Source: Patescibacteria group bacterium
Lineage (GTDB): Bacteria > Patescibacteriota > Patescibacteriia > UBA9570
Length of the DNA: 64,000 bases
NCBI GenBank assembly: GCA_041660305.1
Contig: JBAZWO010000005.1
Location: 10,247 to 74,246, forward strand
Direction: 5' to 3'
The notes under the pieces were generated by a model, which was not told the DNA's origin, ran no database searches, and saw only the letters and a list, made by a program, of their open reading frames with translations. Below are positions 44,587-55,028 of the stretch, one piece after another. A program made the translations under genes and the position numbers. The number at the start of each line of letters is the position of its first letter. Position 1 is the first letter of the stretch.

Positions 44587-46558
44587 AGCGCCAAGTTTAG
44601 CGGTTAGTGATCAAGTGGTTAATTTGTCTGATATTAATTATCCACGTTTAGCCAATCTTTATTTAAAAGCCCCCATTACAGATGCTGAAGTAGAACAGTT
44701 GGCTAAGTGGGATGTGTTGGTTTTTGGTATGCAACTACAAGACAGTTCAGCTGAACAAATAAGAGCGCTTCGCAAACTTAATCCAGATGTAATAATTTTA
44801 GCTTATGTAGCAGCTCAAGAATTTCCGGTTAGCCGGCTTGATGAGATTGAAAGCCAGAGCGGTCCATGGCATAAATTATACAGTGGTATTCAACCGGAGT
44901 GGTGGCTATATACATCAACCGGTGAAAGATTTTCCTCTTGGCCAGGAAATTATTCATTGAACATGGCTTCTGCTTGGAATACCTATCTACCAACTTTTAT
45001 GCAAAATGAAGTAATGTCCACTGGTCTGTGGGACGGTATTTATTATGATAATGTTTGGGAAACGGTTTCTTGGGTTGGAAATGGAGATATGGACATGAAT
45101 CGAGATGGTGTGCAAGATAGTGTTACCAGTTTAGACGAAGCTTGGTATAACGGCATGGTGACTATGTTAAAAACATCTCGTCAATTAGTTGGAAAAAATA
45201 AATTTTTGCTTGGCAACGGCGGCAGTGGATATAAGAAATATTTAAATGGTAGAATGTTTGAAAGTTTTCCAAATGTTTGGTTAGGAGCATGGGATAATAA
45301 TTTTGAGCTTTATAATGATTTTCAAAATAAAGGTTATGTACCGGCGTTAATCATGATTAATGGAGATACTAATAATAGTGGCAATGACAAAGATTATCAG
45401 GATATGCGTTTTGCAATTACTAGTACATTATTAAATGATGGGTTTTTTAGTTATGATTGGGGAACGAACGATCATTCTCAGCTCTGGTGGTACGATGAAT
45501 ACGATGCTGCCTTAGGCCAGTCACAGGAACGAGCTTATAATATACTGGATAAAGCTAATCCAACCAAAATTCAAGCGGGCGTGTGGCGGCGCAACTTCGA
45601 GCGGGGAATTGTATTATTAAATTCCACCGACAAAGAGCAAAAAGTTTTATTAGAAGATGGCTTCGAGAAGATATTAGGCACACAAGATACTAATACGAAT
45701 AATGGCAAGGTGGTTGGTAGTGTAACTATTCCCGCTCATGATGGTATTATTTTGCGTGGTCGTATTACTCAAGTGGTAAACGCGCCGTTCGTAAACGGTA
45801 CTTATGCCAAAGTGTTCGATGGTGCCGGCAACATTAAGCGTAATAGTTTTTTTTCGTATAATTCTAATTACGTGGGCAGTACTACCATTCAAAAAATACC
45901 GGATGCGAATATTACGGTAGTGAGTGATAATACCTATATTACCGTATATAAAAACAATAAACAGATTGCACGGTTTGCACCATATGGCACCAAATATAAT
46001 AGTGGTGTAAATATCGCTGTTGGGCAGTTGTCTCTTAAAAATAAAAAATATAATATTGTAGTAGGAGCGCAACGGGGCACTCAACCGGTAAAGCTATTTT
46101 CACTGAAAGGTAAACCATTAAATAAAGGTAGTTATCCGTTTGGCAATAGTTTTTCGGGTGGTATTAACGTAGCCATTGGTAATGTGCAACGTAAAACCAA
46201 AGCAGCCGAAATTATTGTGGCGCCGGCTAGTAATTACGCACCAGAAGTACGTATCCTTACCAAAAAAATGAAATTATTATCTAAAAAAATCATGGCCTAT
46301 AATGCTTCGATGCGTTCTGGTATTAGCGTAGCGGCGGGGGATGTAGATAATAACGGCAAAGTGGAAATTATCACCGTGCCTGGTACAGGTGGCGTGCCGT
46401 ATGTTAAAGTATTTAATAGCCGTGGTAAATTATTACGGCCAGGTTATTATGCCTTCAGTAAATCCGATCGCAGCGGCAGCAAAGTAACGGCCAGCGATAT
46501 TGATGGTGATAATGTGGCCGATGTAGTAGTTATGTCGTTTAATATTTTTAATCAATGA
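44537..46558 (+). CDS. Secreted glycoside-hydrolase-like (GHL-type TIM barrel) protein with C-terminal FG-GAP-like repeats
   Basis: Signal MRRLCLCIMLCCGLIPKAPSLA. The N-terminal half resembles hypothetical glycosyl hydrolase families. C-terminal GDVDNNGKVEII and SDIDGDNVADVVV. Confidence 0.5.
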   Translation: MRRLCLCIMLCCGLIPKAPSLAVSDQVVNLSDINYPRLANLYLKAPITDAEVEQLAKWDVLVFGMQLQDSSAEQIRALRKLNPDVIILAYVAAQEFPVSRLDEIESQSGPWHKLYSGIQPEWWLYTSTGERFSSWPGNYSLNMASAWNTYLPTFMQNEVMSTGLWDGIYYDNVWETVSWVGNGDMDMNRDGVQDSVTSLDEAWYNGMVTMLKTSRQLVGKNKFLLGNGGSGYKKYLNGRMFESFPNVWLGAWDNNFELYNDFQNKGYVPALIMINGDTNNSGNDKDYQDMRFAITSTLLNDGFFSYDWGTNDHSQLWWYDEYDAALGQSQERAYNILDKANPTKIQAGVWRRNFERGIVLLNSTDKEQKVLLEDGFEKILGTQDTNTNNGKVVGSVTIPAHDGIILRGRITQVVNAPFVNGTYAKVFDGAGNIKRNSFFSYNSNYVGSTTIQKIPDANITVVSDNTYITVYKNNKQIARFAPYGTKYNSGVNIAVGQLSLKNKKYNIVVGAQRGTQPVKLFSLKGKPLNKGSYPFGNSFSGGINVAIGNVQRKTKAAEIIVAPASNYAPEVRILTKKMKLLSKKIMAYNASMRSGISVAAGDVDNNGKVEIITVPGTGGVPYVKVFNSRGKLLRPGYYAFSKSDRSGSKVTASDIDGDNVADVVVMSFNIFNQ

Positions 46559-46663
46559 GCTACCTCTCCCCCTAACCCCCTCTCCTAATAGGAGAGGGGG
46601 AATAATCTAATTGCATTACTCCCTTTCCCCTGGTTAGGGGAAAGGGCTGGGGATAGAGGTAGG
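46559..46663. repeat. G+C-rich nested-hairpin element (double unit)
   Basis: ctacctctccccctaaccccctctcctaataggagaggggg ... ctccctttcccctggttaggggaaagggctggggatagaggtagg. Confidence 0.85.
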
Positions 46664-46695
46664 ACGTTTAGGGGGCTAGGAATCGAGATCGAAAT

Positions 46696-48405
46696 ATGAC
46701 TTTTTTTCATCACACAAAGCGAATCTCAAAACATGTTGGTAAAAAAACCGTGCATTTTTTGTTTCCATATGTGTGGCATTATGTAACCGATACGTACAAA
46801 GATAAACTACATCATTTAATAATAGATTCATTATTATCATTAGTGTTATTGTGTGTGATAATTATAAATTTGGTGTTAGGGTATCAGTTTTATGTGTTCA
46901 TGATTCCACCAGAGGTAACGGTTACGTTGCAGGCGCCAGCCGCTACGTTAAGTGGCGCGCCGGTTACCGTTACGCTTAATTATCAAAATGTTACCAAGCC
47001 CATAAATCAGTTAACGTTTAATTTACAGGCGCCAGCCGGGTTTGTTATAGATGTAAAACAACCGGTGGTAGTGCAACAATTAGCAGCCCAACAAGTAGGG
47101 GAATTGCCTTATACGGGAACGCTTACCGGAACCGTTGGGGATAGTGAGAGCTTTTTAGTTATTTATCAATATCAATATTTTGGCCGAACGTATTATGGTT
47201 TTGCCAGAGCAAGCACTAAATTAGCTGGCTCTAATTTTGAAGTGGTAGCACAGGCGCCAGACACCATTCTTTATAACGAACCAGTGGATTGGAAAGTAGA
47301 TTATACCAATAGTTCTGATTGGCCGCGCTATGATACTTGTTTGCAACTTACTTTTCCGAATACATTTAATATTGAATCTAGCACCAAAAAGATTAATCAG
47401 AAAAAACGGATTCGTCTAAAACATATTCCAGCGCGCGGTAGTGGTTCCATTACTATTCATGGTAATTTTAAACATACCATTGGTGAAGGCGAACAGTTAC
47501 TAGATGTAGTAGCTCTAGATAACTGTAATGATGGCGATTACAAACAAGTGGCTCTAACTAATCCGGTTACAGTATTAACGCCTCGGTTTACGTTAACTAC
47601 CGGTGGTACCGGAGTGGTAAACGTTGGTCAGGCGGCTCGTTATGTAAATACGTATAAAAATACCGGTGATGCTACGTTAACCAACGTAACTATTATTACT
47701 AAGTTAACTAATTTTGTTGGACATTATAGCAGCATTGTAGCTAGTGATGGAAAAGTATCTGGCGATATCATTACTTGGGTAGATCCTAGTATTGCTCCAG
47801 GAGAAACACATCAGCGTAGTTTTACGGTTTATACGAACCCTAATCTGCGTAAAAAAAATGTAGCCATGTCTTATACTAGTTCAGCTACAGCTATGATCGA
47901 TGATGTTGGGGTAGCTACTTATGTGCCAGCGGTAAGTTACAATATTAAATTTAATTCTACACTTAATTTTACGGCTAGTTATCGTTATTCTAGCACTACC
48001 GGTGAGCAGTTTGGTTATGGGCCATATCCTTTAGAAGCCGATAATATTACGGCACTGCGGGTGTTTTGGGAAATTAAAGATTTTACCAACGATTTAACGA
48101 ATGTTACTATTCAAGCTACGTTGCCCGGCCAAGTGGAATGGACAGGGTTATCATCCGTTACGTCTGGTTCTGATATTTCTTATAATCCAGCTACGCGAGT
48201 AGTTACTTGGCATACTAGCCGTGTACCTAGTTTTTCCACGGCGCAAGGGGCTAGTTTTGAAGTCCGGATCCGGCCAAACTCAGCCCAAATCGGCAAAATT
48301 ATTAATATTACCAACGAAACCAGCTTTTCAGCGCGTGATGGTTTTACAGCCACCCTGCTAAAACGACAGGTAGGGGCGTTGAGAGTAAGGGATAAAATTA
48401 GATAG
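46696..48405 (+). CDS. Membrane-anchored surface protein with DUF11-like Ig-fold repeats
   Basis: TM helix near the N-terminus. Repeats such as YVNTYKNTGDATLTNVTIITKL. Confidence 0.5.
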   Translation: MTFFHHTKRISKHVGKKTVHFLFPYVWHYVTDTYKDKLHHLIIDSLLSLVLLCVIIINLVLGYQFYVFMIPPEVTVTLQAPAATLSGAPVTVTLNYQNVTKPINQLTFNLQAPAGFVIDVKQPVVVQQLAAQQVGELPYTGTLTGTVGDSESFLVIYQYQYFGRTYYGFARASTKLAGSNFEVVAQAPDTILYNEPVDWKVDYTNSSDWPRYDTCLQLTFPNTFNIESSTKKINQKKRIRLKHIPARGSGSITIHGNFKHTIGEGEQLLDVVALDNCNDGDYKQVALTNPVTVLTPRFTLTTGGTGVVNVGQAARYVNTYKNTGDATLTNVTIITKLTNFVGHYSSIVASDGKVSGDIITWVDPSIAPGETHQRSFTVYTNPNLRKKNVAMSYTSSATAMIDDVGVATYVPAVSYNIKFNSTLNFTASYRYSSTTGEQFGYGPYPLEADNITALRVFWEIKDFTNDLTNVTIQATLPGQVEWTGLSSVTSGSDISYNPATRVVTWHTSRVPSFSTAQGASFEVRIRPNSAQIGKIINITNETSFSARDGFTATLLKRQVGALRVRDKIR

Positions 48406-48408
48406 GAA

Positions 48409-48492
48409 CCTACCTCTCCCTCTTTCCCTCCCCTATTAGGGGAGGGATGTCCGCCTGCCTGCCGGACAGGCAGGAAGGACAGGGATAGGTAG
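48409..48492. repeat. G+C-rich nested-hairpin element
   Basis: cctacctctccctctttccctcccctattaggggaggg ... ccgcctgcctgccggacaggcaggaagg ... agggataggtag. Confidence 0.85.
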
Positions 48493-48579
48493 TATTTTTT
48501 AGCTAAAATAAGCTATTTTTTTTGTTTTAGGCGGATTTGGTATTGACAAAAACCAAAATCTGTGATAAGGTGCGCGGTT

Positions 48580-49770
48580 ATGAAAATAGCAATGATTGGT
48601 CAAAAAGGCATTCCGGTAACTCAAGGTGGAGGCGTGGAAAAACACGTTCAAGAGTTAGCGCTGCGTTTGGCAAATACACATGAAATATTGGTATATACTC
48701 GCCCAGCTTATACCGCTAAAACACTAGCTCATTATCATAATGTTCGTTTGATTAGCTTACCTACTATTAATACCAAGCATTTTGATGCTATTACCCATAC
48801 ATTTATTTCTATTATTCATGCTACGTTAAAGGCCAAAGTAGATGTTGTGCATATTCATTCGGTAGGGCCGGCGTTATTAGCTTGGTTGCCTAGAATACTA
48901 CACCCGAAAACTCGGGTAGTAGTAACTTTTCACTCCATGGATCGCCAACATCAAAAATGGGGTTGGTTGGCTCGAGTAATGCTACATTTAGGTGAATATA
49001 TGGCCATGAAGTTTGCTCATGAAGTAATTACTGTATCTAAAGCGTTGCAATCTTATACTTATGAATCGTATCGTAAAATTACTACGTATATTCCTAACGG
49101 TATCTCGGAAACTACACATCAACCAGCTAAATTAATTACTAGTCAATTTGGTTTACATCCGGAGCAATATATTTTATCAGTGTCTCGTTTAGTGCGGCAC
49201 AAGGGCATTCATCACTTAATTAATGCTTATGAACAATTGTCTACGGATAAAAAATTAGTGATTGTAGGCGGTAGTGCTCATACCGATAATTATGTAAAAG
49301 AATTACGAGTATTAGCTAAACAGAATTACAATATTATTTTCACTGGCAATCAAATGGGCGCTATTTTGGAAGAGTTATTTTCTAACGCATATTTGTATGT
49401 GTTACCATCTGAATCTGAAGGCTTATCATTAGCTTTATTGGAAGCTGCGGCTTATGGTAAAGCCGTGTTAGCAGCTGATATTCCAGCGAATGAAGACATT
49501 CTAAAATATTGTGGAGTAAGTTTTAAAAATGCCAATATAGCCGATTTGAAACAGCAATTAACTTATTTATTAGCTAATCCAAATAAGGTTAAACAGTTAG
49601 GAGCACAAGCCCAACAACATGTGTTAGAAAATTATCACTGGAAAGATATTGTAGCGCAAACTAATATAATTTATCGCAAAGTATATCAAACAATTAAGCA
49701 GCCAGCTTTAGAATTGTTTCAACCCACCGGCTTAAAGCCGGGGGTTTCCATCCAAAAAACTGTCAGCTAA
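48580..49770 (+). CDS. Glycosyltransferase family 4
   Basis: MKIAMIGQKGIP ... SESEGLSLALLEAAAYGKAVLAADIPAN. The C-terminal FQPTGLKPGVS is repeat-derived. Confidence 0.85.
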   Translation: MKIAMIGQKGIPVTQGGGVEKHVQELALRLANTHEILVYTRPAYTAKTLAHYHNVRLISLPTINTKHFDAITHTFISIIHATLKAKVDVVHIHSVGPALLAWLPRILHPKTRVVVTFHSMDRQHQKWGWLARVMLHLGEYMAMKFAHEVITVSKALQSYTYESYRKITTYIPNGISETTHQPAKLITSQFGLHPEQYILSVSRLVRHKGIHHLINAYEQLSTDKKLVIVGGSAHTDNYVKELRVLAKQNYNIIFTGNQMGAILEELFSNAYLYVLPSESEGLSLALLEAAAYGKAVLAADIPANEDILKYCGVSFKNANIADLKQQLTYLLANPNKVKQLGAQAQQHVLENYHWKDIVAQTNIIYRKVYQTIKQPALELFQPTGLKPGVSIQKTVS

Positions 49771-49824
49771 CCCCTGGGTTTACCCGCCTAGCCGGCGAGG
49801 CTGGTCCCAGTGGGTTAGCTGACA
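49721..49824. repeat. AACCC...GGGTT hairpin family, composite copy
   Basis: aacccaccggcttaaagccgggggtt plus ctgtcagctaacccctgggtttacccgcctagccggcgaggctggtcccagtgggttagctgacag. Confidence 0.8.
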
Positions 49825-49851
49825 GAGCTGATTATATAGTATACTGTGTAC

Positions 49852-50562
49852 ATGACCCAGCTTTCTATTGTGATACCGGCTTATAACGAAGAACGGCGTA
49901 TTAGACCAATGTTAACGGATTATTTAGCTTTTTTTCAATCAGCTGACGTGGAGTTAATAGTAGTATTAAATGGTTGTACTGATCGGACTTTAGAGATTGT
50001 ACAAGAATTTCAAAAACAATATCCTACTAAATTACGGTATTTAAATTTAGAGCAGGCTCTGGGTAAAGGTGGCGCTGTTAAAGCTGGCCTGTTAGCCGCC
50101 ACAGGCAATTGGCGTGGTTTTGTAGATGCGGATGCGTCTACTGCTCCGGCCGAACTTAATCGGTTGTGGCAGTTATTAAAGCCAAGCCATTACGATGGAG
50201 TAATTGCTTCACGGTGGTTGCCGGGAGCCCAAGTGTGGCGTAGTTCATGGTTACGTAAATTTGCCAGTTGGTTATTTGTCTGGTTAGTGCGGCGGCGTTT
50301 TCATATGCCGTTTTTTGATACGCAATGTGGCGCTAAAATATTTACCACAACATTAGTAGAAGCCATTATGCCAAATTTATCCGTTATCAATATGGCGTTT
50401 GATGTAGAATTGCTCTATAATGCAACTAAGCAGGGATATCGGTTTTTGGAAGTACCAACGGTATGGGTAGATAAAACTAGCTCCACATTATTTCGGTCAC
50501 CGTTTGGTTTTATTAAAAATAGCTATCAAATTTTTAAAACAATATTAACCATTAAACGTTAA
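49852..50562 (+). CDS. GT2 polyprenol-phosphate glycosyltransferase (DPG/DPM-synthase-like)
   Basis: LSIVIPAYNEERRI ... FVDADAS ... FDTQCGAKIF. Confidence 0.8.
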   Translation: MTQLSIVIPAYNEERRIRPMLTDYLAFFQSADVELIVVLNGCTDRTLEIVQEFQKQYPTKLRYLNLEQALGKGGAVKAGLLAATGNWRGFVDADASTAPAELNRLWQLLKPSHYDGVIASRWLPGAQVWRSSWLRKFASWLFVWLVRRRFHMPFFDTQCGAKIFTTTLVEAIMPNLSVINMAFDVELLYNATKQGYRFLEVPTVWVDKTSSTLFRSPFGFIKNSYQIFKTILTIKR

Positions 50563-50577
50563 CAACAAGTATTATTT

Positions 50578-51603
50578 ATGGCCCGGACAACTATCTTTGA
50601 TAAAAAAAATGTATTAGTTATTGGGGGAGCTGGGTTTATTGGCTCGCATTTGTGTGATGAGCTAGTAAAACACAATAAAGTAATTTGTATTGATAATTTT
50701 ATTTCCGGACAAGTGCAAAATATTGAACATTTATTAGGTAATCCTAATTTTGTGTTTATTAAGCACGATGCCAATGAAGCGTTTGATTTAACGCAATTTA
50801 TTGAACTAGAAAATTTTCAGGTGCAATTTCAAGGCGTGCAAGAAATTTACAATTTAGCTTCACCTACTAGTAAGCATGATTATGAAAAAAACATGTTTAC
50901 TACATTGTTGGCGAATTCATATTGTGTACGTAATACCATAGAAATTGCGCGGCAGTATCAGGCAAAATATTTATTTGCGTCATCTTCGGCTGTATATGGT
51001 AATTTATTGGAAGGGCAGACGTTGTTTGCGGAAGATTATTGGGGTTTTGTGGATCATGTGGGGCCACGCAGTTGTTATAACGAAGGTAAGCGGTTTGCGG
51101 AAAGTTTTGTGTTTAGTTTTGGTAAACAATTTAATTTAGATGTAAAGGTGACGCGGATTTTTAATACTTATGGGCCGCGGATGGCCTTTAACAGTGGGCG
51201 CATGTTACCAGATTTTATCTTAGCGGCTTCTGAAGGCCGAGATTTATTAATCTATGGTGATGGTTCGGAAATTGATACGTATTGTTATGTAAAAGATGTG
51301 GTAGACGGGTTATTAAAATTAATGAGTTATAAAATTGCCGGGCCGGTAAATTTAGGTAGTCCGGAACAATGTAAAATGGTGGATATTGCCCAAAAAGTAA
51401 TTCAGTATACTGACTCTCGCTCGCAAATTAAATTTACCAATGAAATACCAGATTTAAATAAACCGGGTGTAGCGGATATTCGCAAAGCTAAACAGCGTAT
51501 TGGTTGGTTTCCAGTGGTGGCCTTAGATACTGGCTTAAAACAAACGGTAGCGGATATGTTAGGCAGTAGGGTGTTGACGTATGCCAGTGTGAACGCGGAT
51601 TGA
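50578..51603 (+). CDS. uxs: UDP-glucuronate decarboxylase (UDP-xylose synthase)-like SDR
   Basis: VLVIGGAGFIGSHLCDELV and CYNEGKRFAES (the YxxxK region typical of UXS). Confidence 0.75.
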   Translation: MARTTIFDKKNVLVIGGAGFIGSHLCDELVKHNKVICIDNFISGQVQNIEHLLGNPNFVFIKHDANEAFDLTQFIELENFQVQFQGVQEIYNLASPTSKHDYEKNMFTTLLANSYCVRNTIEIARQYQAKYLFASSSAVYGNLLEGQTLFAEDYWGFVDHVGPRSCYNEGKRFAESFVFSFGKQFNLDVKVTRIFNTYGPRMAFNSGRMLPDFILAASEGRDLLIYGDGSEIDTYCYVKDVVDGLLKLMSYKIAGPVNLGSPEQCKMVDIAQKVIQYTDSRSQIKFTNEIPDLNKPGVADIRKAKQRIGWFPVVALDTGLKQTVADMLGSRVLTYASVNAD

Positions 51604-51638
51604 CATTTTCCTTCTACTTCAGTACAATTCTTATCATT

Positions 51639-52934
51639 ATGGCATTAAATATCATCGTAGTAGGCACTGGTTATGTAGGGCTGGTAACTGGAGCTTGTTT
51701 GGCGGATGCCGGGCACAATATTACTTGTGTAGACATTGATCAGACTAAAATTAAGCGTTTACAAGATGGTAATATTCCCATTTTTGAGCCTGGTTTGGAG
51801 CAAATTGTAAAACATAATGTAGAAGCTAAACGGTTAACATTTACTACCGATTTAATTTCGGCACTACCAAAGGCCGAGGTGATATTTATTGCGGTAGGTA
51901 CGCCGGCGTTACCGGATGGCCGAGCTAATTTAGAATATGTGTATACGGCCGCTGAAACGATTGGGCAACATCTGAATCATTATGTGGTGGTGGTAGATAA
52001 ATCTACAGTGCCAGTAGGGACAGCATTGGCAGTGGAGCAAATTATTAAAAAGAATTACACCGGTGAATTTGCTGTAGCATCTTGTCCGGAATTTTTACGG
52101 GAAGGTAACGCGGTAGATGATTTTTTTGCACCAGATCGCATTGTAATTGGCGTACGAAACCAACGGGCGGCCGATGTGTTATTGGAAGTGTTCAAACCGA
52201 TTCAAGGGCAGAAGTTGGTAACGGCGATTGAATCGGCTGAATTAATTAAATACGCCTCCAACGCTTTTTTGGCCACTAAAATTTCGTTTATTAATGAGAT
52301 TGCCCAAATTTGTGAACGCACCGGTGCCGATATTGAAGAAGTATCCTATGGTGTAGGTTTGGATCGTAGAATTGGCCCTAATTTTTTGAAAGCCGGAATT
52401 GGTTGGGGGGGCTCTTGTTTTCCTAAGGATGTAGTAGCCTTGGATCAAATGGCCGGCGATGGTGGCTATGATTTTAAATTATTAAAAGGAGTAATTTCTG
52501 TAAACCAGGAACAACGAGCTCATTTTGTGAATAAAATTAAAAATCATTTTAATAATAATTTACAACGCCAAACACTTGCTGTACTTGGTTTAGCGTTTAA
52601 AGATAATACCGATGATATTCGTGAATCCGCGGCCATAGATATTGTACAGCAATTAGTGACAGCTGGTGCCATAGTGAATGTATTTGATTACAAAGCCTTG
52701 ACTAATAGTAAAATGGTATTAAAAAATACAGTTAAATATTGTACTAGTCCCGAAGAAGCGGTTAAAGGAGCTCAAGCGGTGTTAGTGTTAACTGAATGGA
52801 AAGAATTTAAAGCGCTAGATTGGCGAACGTTAAAACAAACATTAGCACAGCCGGTAATATTTGATGGACGTAATTTATTAAAACCAGCTACGATGTGCGA
52901 GTTAGGTTTTGATTATCATTCCATTGGGCGTTAG
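51639..52934 (+). CDS. ugd: UDP-glucose 6-dehydrogenase
   Basis: IIVVGTGYVGLVTG and catalytic GWGGSCFPKD. ATG 51639 preferred. Confidence 0.92.
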   Translation: MALNIIVVGTGYVGLVTGACLADAGHNITCVDIDQTKIKRLQDGNIPIFEPGLEQIVKHNVEAKRLTFTTDLISALPKAEVIFIAVGTPALPDGRANLEYVYTAAETIGQHLNHYVVVVDKSTVPVGTALAVEQIIKKNYTGEFAVASCPEFLREGNAVDDFFAPDRIVIGVRNQRAADVLLEVFKPIQGQKLVTAIESAELIKYASNAFLATKISFINEIAQICERTGADIEEVSYGVGLDRRIGPNFLKAGIGWGGSCFPKDVVALDQMAGDGGYDFKLLKGVISVNQEQRAHFVNKIKNHFNNNLQRQTLAVLGLAFKDNTDDIRESAAIDIVQQLVTAGAIVNVFDYKALTNSKMVLKNTVKYCTSPEEAVKGAQAVLVLTEWKEFKALDWRTLKQTLAQPVIFDGRNLLKPATMCELGFDYHSIGR

Positions 52935-52944
52935 CCGGTAACCT

Positions 52945-53916
52945 ATGAAATTAATTGTCACTATTCCGTGTTATAACGAAGAGCAAAATATTGCAGCAGT
53001 AATTAAAGAAATTCCGCGTAATATTATTGGTGTTGATCAAGTAGAGGTATTAATCATTAACGATGGCTCTACAGATAATACAGTAATTACCGCCAAACAA
53101 GCCGGAGCGGATTATATTATTTCTCATAAACGCAATATTGGTTTAGCGCGGTCGTTTCAACAAGCCTTGTGGGAAGCTGTTAGTAGAGGAGCTGATATTA
53201 TTGTTAATACCGATGGTGATAATCACTACGATCAATCTAAAATTAGCGAGCTGATTCAGCCGATTTTACAACAACAAGCCGATATTGTAATTGGTTCACG
53301 CCAAGATTTGCAAACTAAAAATCGCTGGCTAAATCGCTTTGGCAGTTTTGTAATGACAAAATGGGCCGGCTTGCCAAAATATGATGTATCTACCGGTTTT
53401 CGAGCTTATAATAAAGAAGCTGCCTTGCGCTTAGGAGTGTATTCTACGCATACTTATGTGCACACTACGTTATTATCCGCTCAAGATATTGGTTTAACCA
53501 CTGTGGAATTACAGATTGCGGATCGGCCAGTAGAGCGGCCATCACGGTTAATTAAAAATGTACCACAGCATATTTGGCTGGCTGGTTGGAATATTGTACG
53601 CAATATTATTATTTTTCATCCATTACGGTTTTTTGGCTCGATTGGTATTTTTTTAGCGCTGGCTGGTGCATTACCGGTGTTACGGTTTTTCTATTTTTAT
53701 TTTATTACTGGCGATGGTAATGGTCATTTACAATCTTTGATTATCGGTACTATGTTGGTGTTGTTAGGGTATATTAATTTAGTATTGGGTTTATTAGGCT
53801 CATCCATTGGCTGGCACCGTAAAGTAACGGAAGAAACGTTGTATCGAGTTAAGAAAATGGAACTTGCGCTACCTCACCCCCAACCCCTCTCCTCAAAGGA
53901 GAGGGGAGGAATTTAG
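52945..53916 (+). CDS. Glycosyltransferase family 2 with C-terminal TM helices
   Basis: IVTIPCYNEEQNI ... NTDGDNHYD. The C-terminal LPHPQPLSSKERGGI is repeat-derived. Confidence 0.85.
   Translation: MKLIVTIPCYNEEQNIAAVIKEIPRNIIGVDQVEVLIINDGSTDNTVITAKQAGADYIISHKRNIGLARSFQQALWEAVSRGADIIVNTDGDNHYDQSKISELIQPILQQQADIVIGSRQDLQTKNRWLNRFGSFVMTKWAGLPKYDVSTGFRAYNKEAALRLGVYSTHTYVHTTLLSAQDIGLTTVELQIADRPVERPSRLIKNVPQHIWLAGWNIVRNIIIFHPLRFFGSIGIFLALAGALPVLRFFYFYFITGDGNGHLQSLIIGTMLVLLGYINLVLGLLGSSIGWHRKVTEETLYRVKKMELALPHPQPLSSKERGGI
53869..53910. repeat. G+C-rich nested-hairpin element
   Basis: ctacctcacccccaacccctctcctcaaaggagaggggagg, translated as the C-terminus of 52945..53916. Confidence 0.8.
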
Positions 53917-53925
53917 CATTGATTT

Positions 53926-54975
53926 ATGCGTATTTTGTTTATTACCAGAAAATACCCACCAAGCATTGGGGGAATGGAGCGGTATAGCGCAGATTTTTAT
54001 GTTACGTTTAAAGATCAGTGTACATTGTTAGCGTTAAAAAAACGTGCACAAGTTAATTTAATTTGGTGGTTGCCGTATGCTTTAATTAAAGGGATATGGT
54101 TGGCACGCAATGTAGAAGTGATCCATTTAGGCGATGGGGTATTGGCCTGGTTAGGAGTTTTACTACATTGGTTTACCGGCAAACCAATTTCTATTACATT
54201 ACACGGTTTAGATGTTACTTATAAAAAATATGGTTATCAGAAATTAATCTGGTCAGCGTTAAAACAATATCAGGCGATAATTTGTGTGAGCGAATATACC
54301 AGACATTTTGTAGAGACGCATTGCAATGCGTCTCTACAAAATATACACGTAATACCAAACGGTGTTCCGTTAAACAATTTGGTGGCACCTAAAACATTTA
54401 GCGCTCATGAAAAAACCAATCAAATCACCTTATTAACCGTAGGGCGCTTAGTACCACGTAAAGGCGTAGCTTGGTTTATTGAACAGGTATTTGTGCATTT
54501 AGATAAACAATATCATTATGTAATAATTGGTTCTGGTGTAGAATATAATTCTATTCAAGAAATAATTACACAAAAAAAATTAGGTGAACGCGTCCAGTTA
54601 TTAGGACGGGTAAATGATGAGGTTCTGCATGATTGTTATGCTCAAGCTGATCTGTTAATTATGCCAAATATTAAAGTGGATAATAATCCGGAAGGGTTCG
54701 GTATTGTAGCCTTGGAAGCAGGTGCTTGTGGCTTGCCAGTGCTAGCAGCTGACCTAGAAGGAATTAGAGCTGCCGTGATTGACGGACAGACCGGTTTTTT
54801 GGTAAAATCAGGCAGTCCTGAGGCTTGGAAACAGGCTATTGAAACACAGATTACACAGATAAAATTCATGATGTCACAGATGAATGAAAAATCAATAAAG
54901 CAGGCTGTGCAAGATAAATATTCTTGGGATGTTTTAAAGGAGCAATACCTTAACATATTTAATACGCTCATGTAA
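53926..54975 (+). CDS. Glycosyltransferase family 4
   Basis: MRILFITRKYPPSIGGMERY ... NPEGFGIVALEAGACGLPVLAADLEG. Carries two in-frame repeat inserts. Confidence 0.85.
   Translation: MRILFITRKYPPSIGGMERYSADFYVTFKDQCTLLALKKRAQVNLIWWLPYALIKGIWLARNVEVIHLGDGVLAWLGVLLHWFTGKPISITLHGLDVTYKKYGYQKLIWSALKQYQAIICVSEYTRHFVETHCNASLQNIHVIPNGVPLNNLVAPKTFSAHEKTNQITLLTVGRLVPRKGVAWFIEQVFVHLDKQYHYVIIGSGVEYNSIQEIITQKKLGERVQLLGRVNDEVLHDCYAQADLLIMPNIKVDNNPEGFGIVALEAGACGLPVLAADLEGIRAAVIDGQTGFLVKSGSPEAWKQAIETQITQIKFMMSQMNEKSIKQAVQDKYSWDVLKEQYLNIFNTLM
54310..54337. repeat. REP-like GTAG palindrome, copy 4 (intragenic)
   Basis: GTAGAGACGCATTGCAATGCGTCTCTAC, a perfect 28-nt palindrome encoding VETHCNASLQ. Confidence 0.85.
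54844..54885. repeat. CACAGAT-type dispersed repeat (intragenic)
   Basis: acacagattacacagataaaattcatgatgtcacagatgaat encodes TQITQIKFMMSQMN. Confidence 0.7.
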
Positions 54976-55027
54976 CCCACTGGGCTAAACCCAGGGGTTA
55001 CAACCCCCGGCTTTAGGCCGGTGGGTT
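54974..55027. repeat. AACCC...GGGTT hairpin family, double copy
   Basis: aacccactgggctaaacccaggggtt plus caacccccggctttaggccggtgggttg. Overlaps the GT4 stop codon. Confidence 0.8.
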
Positions 55028-55028
55028 G

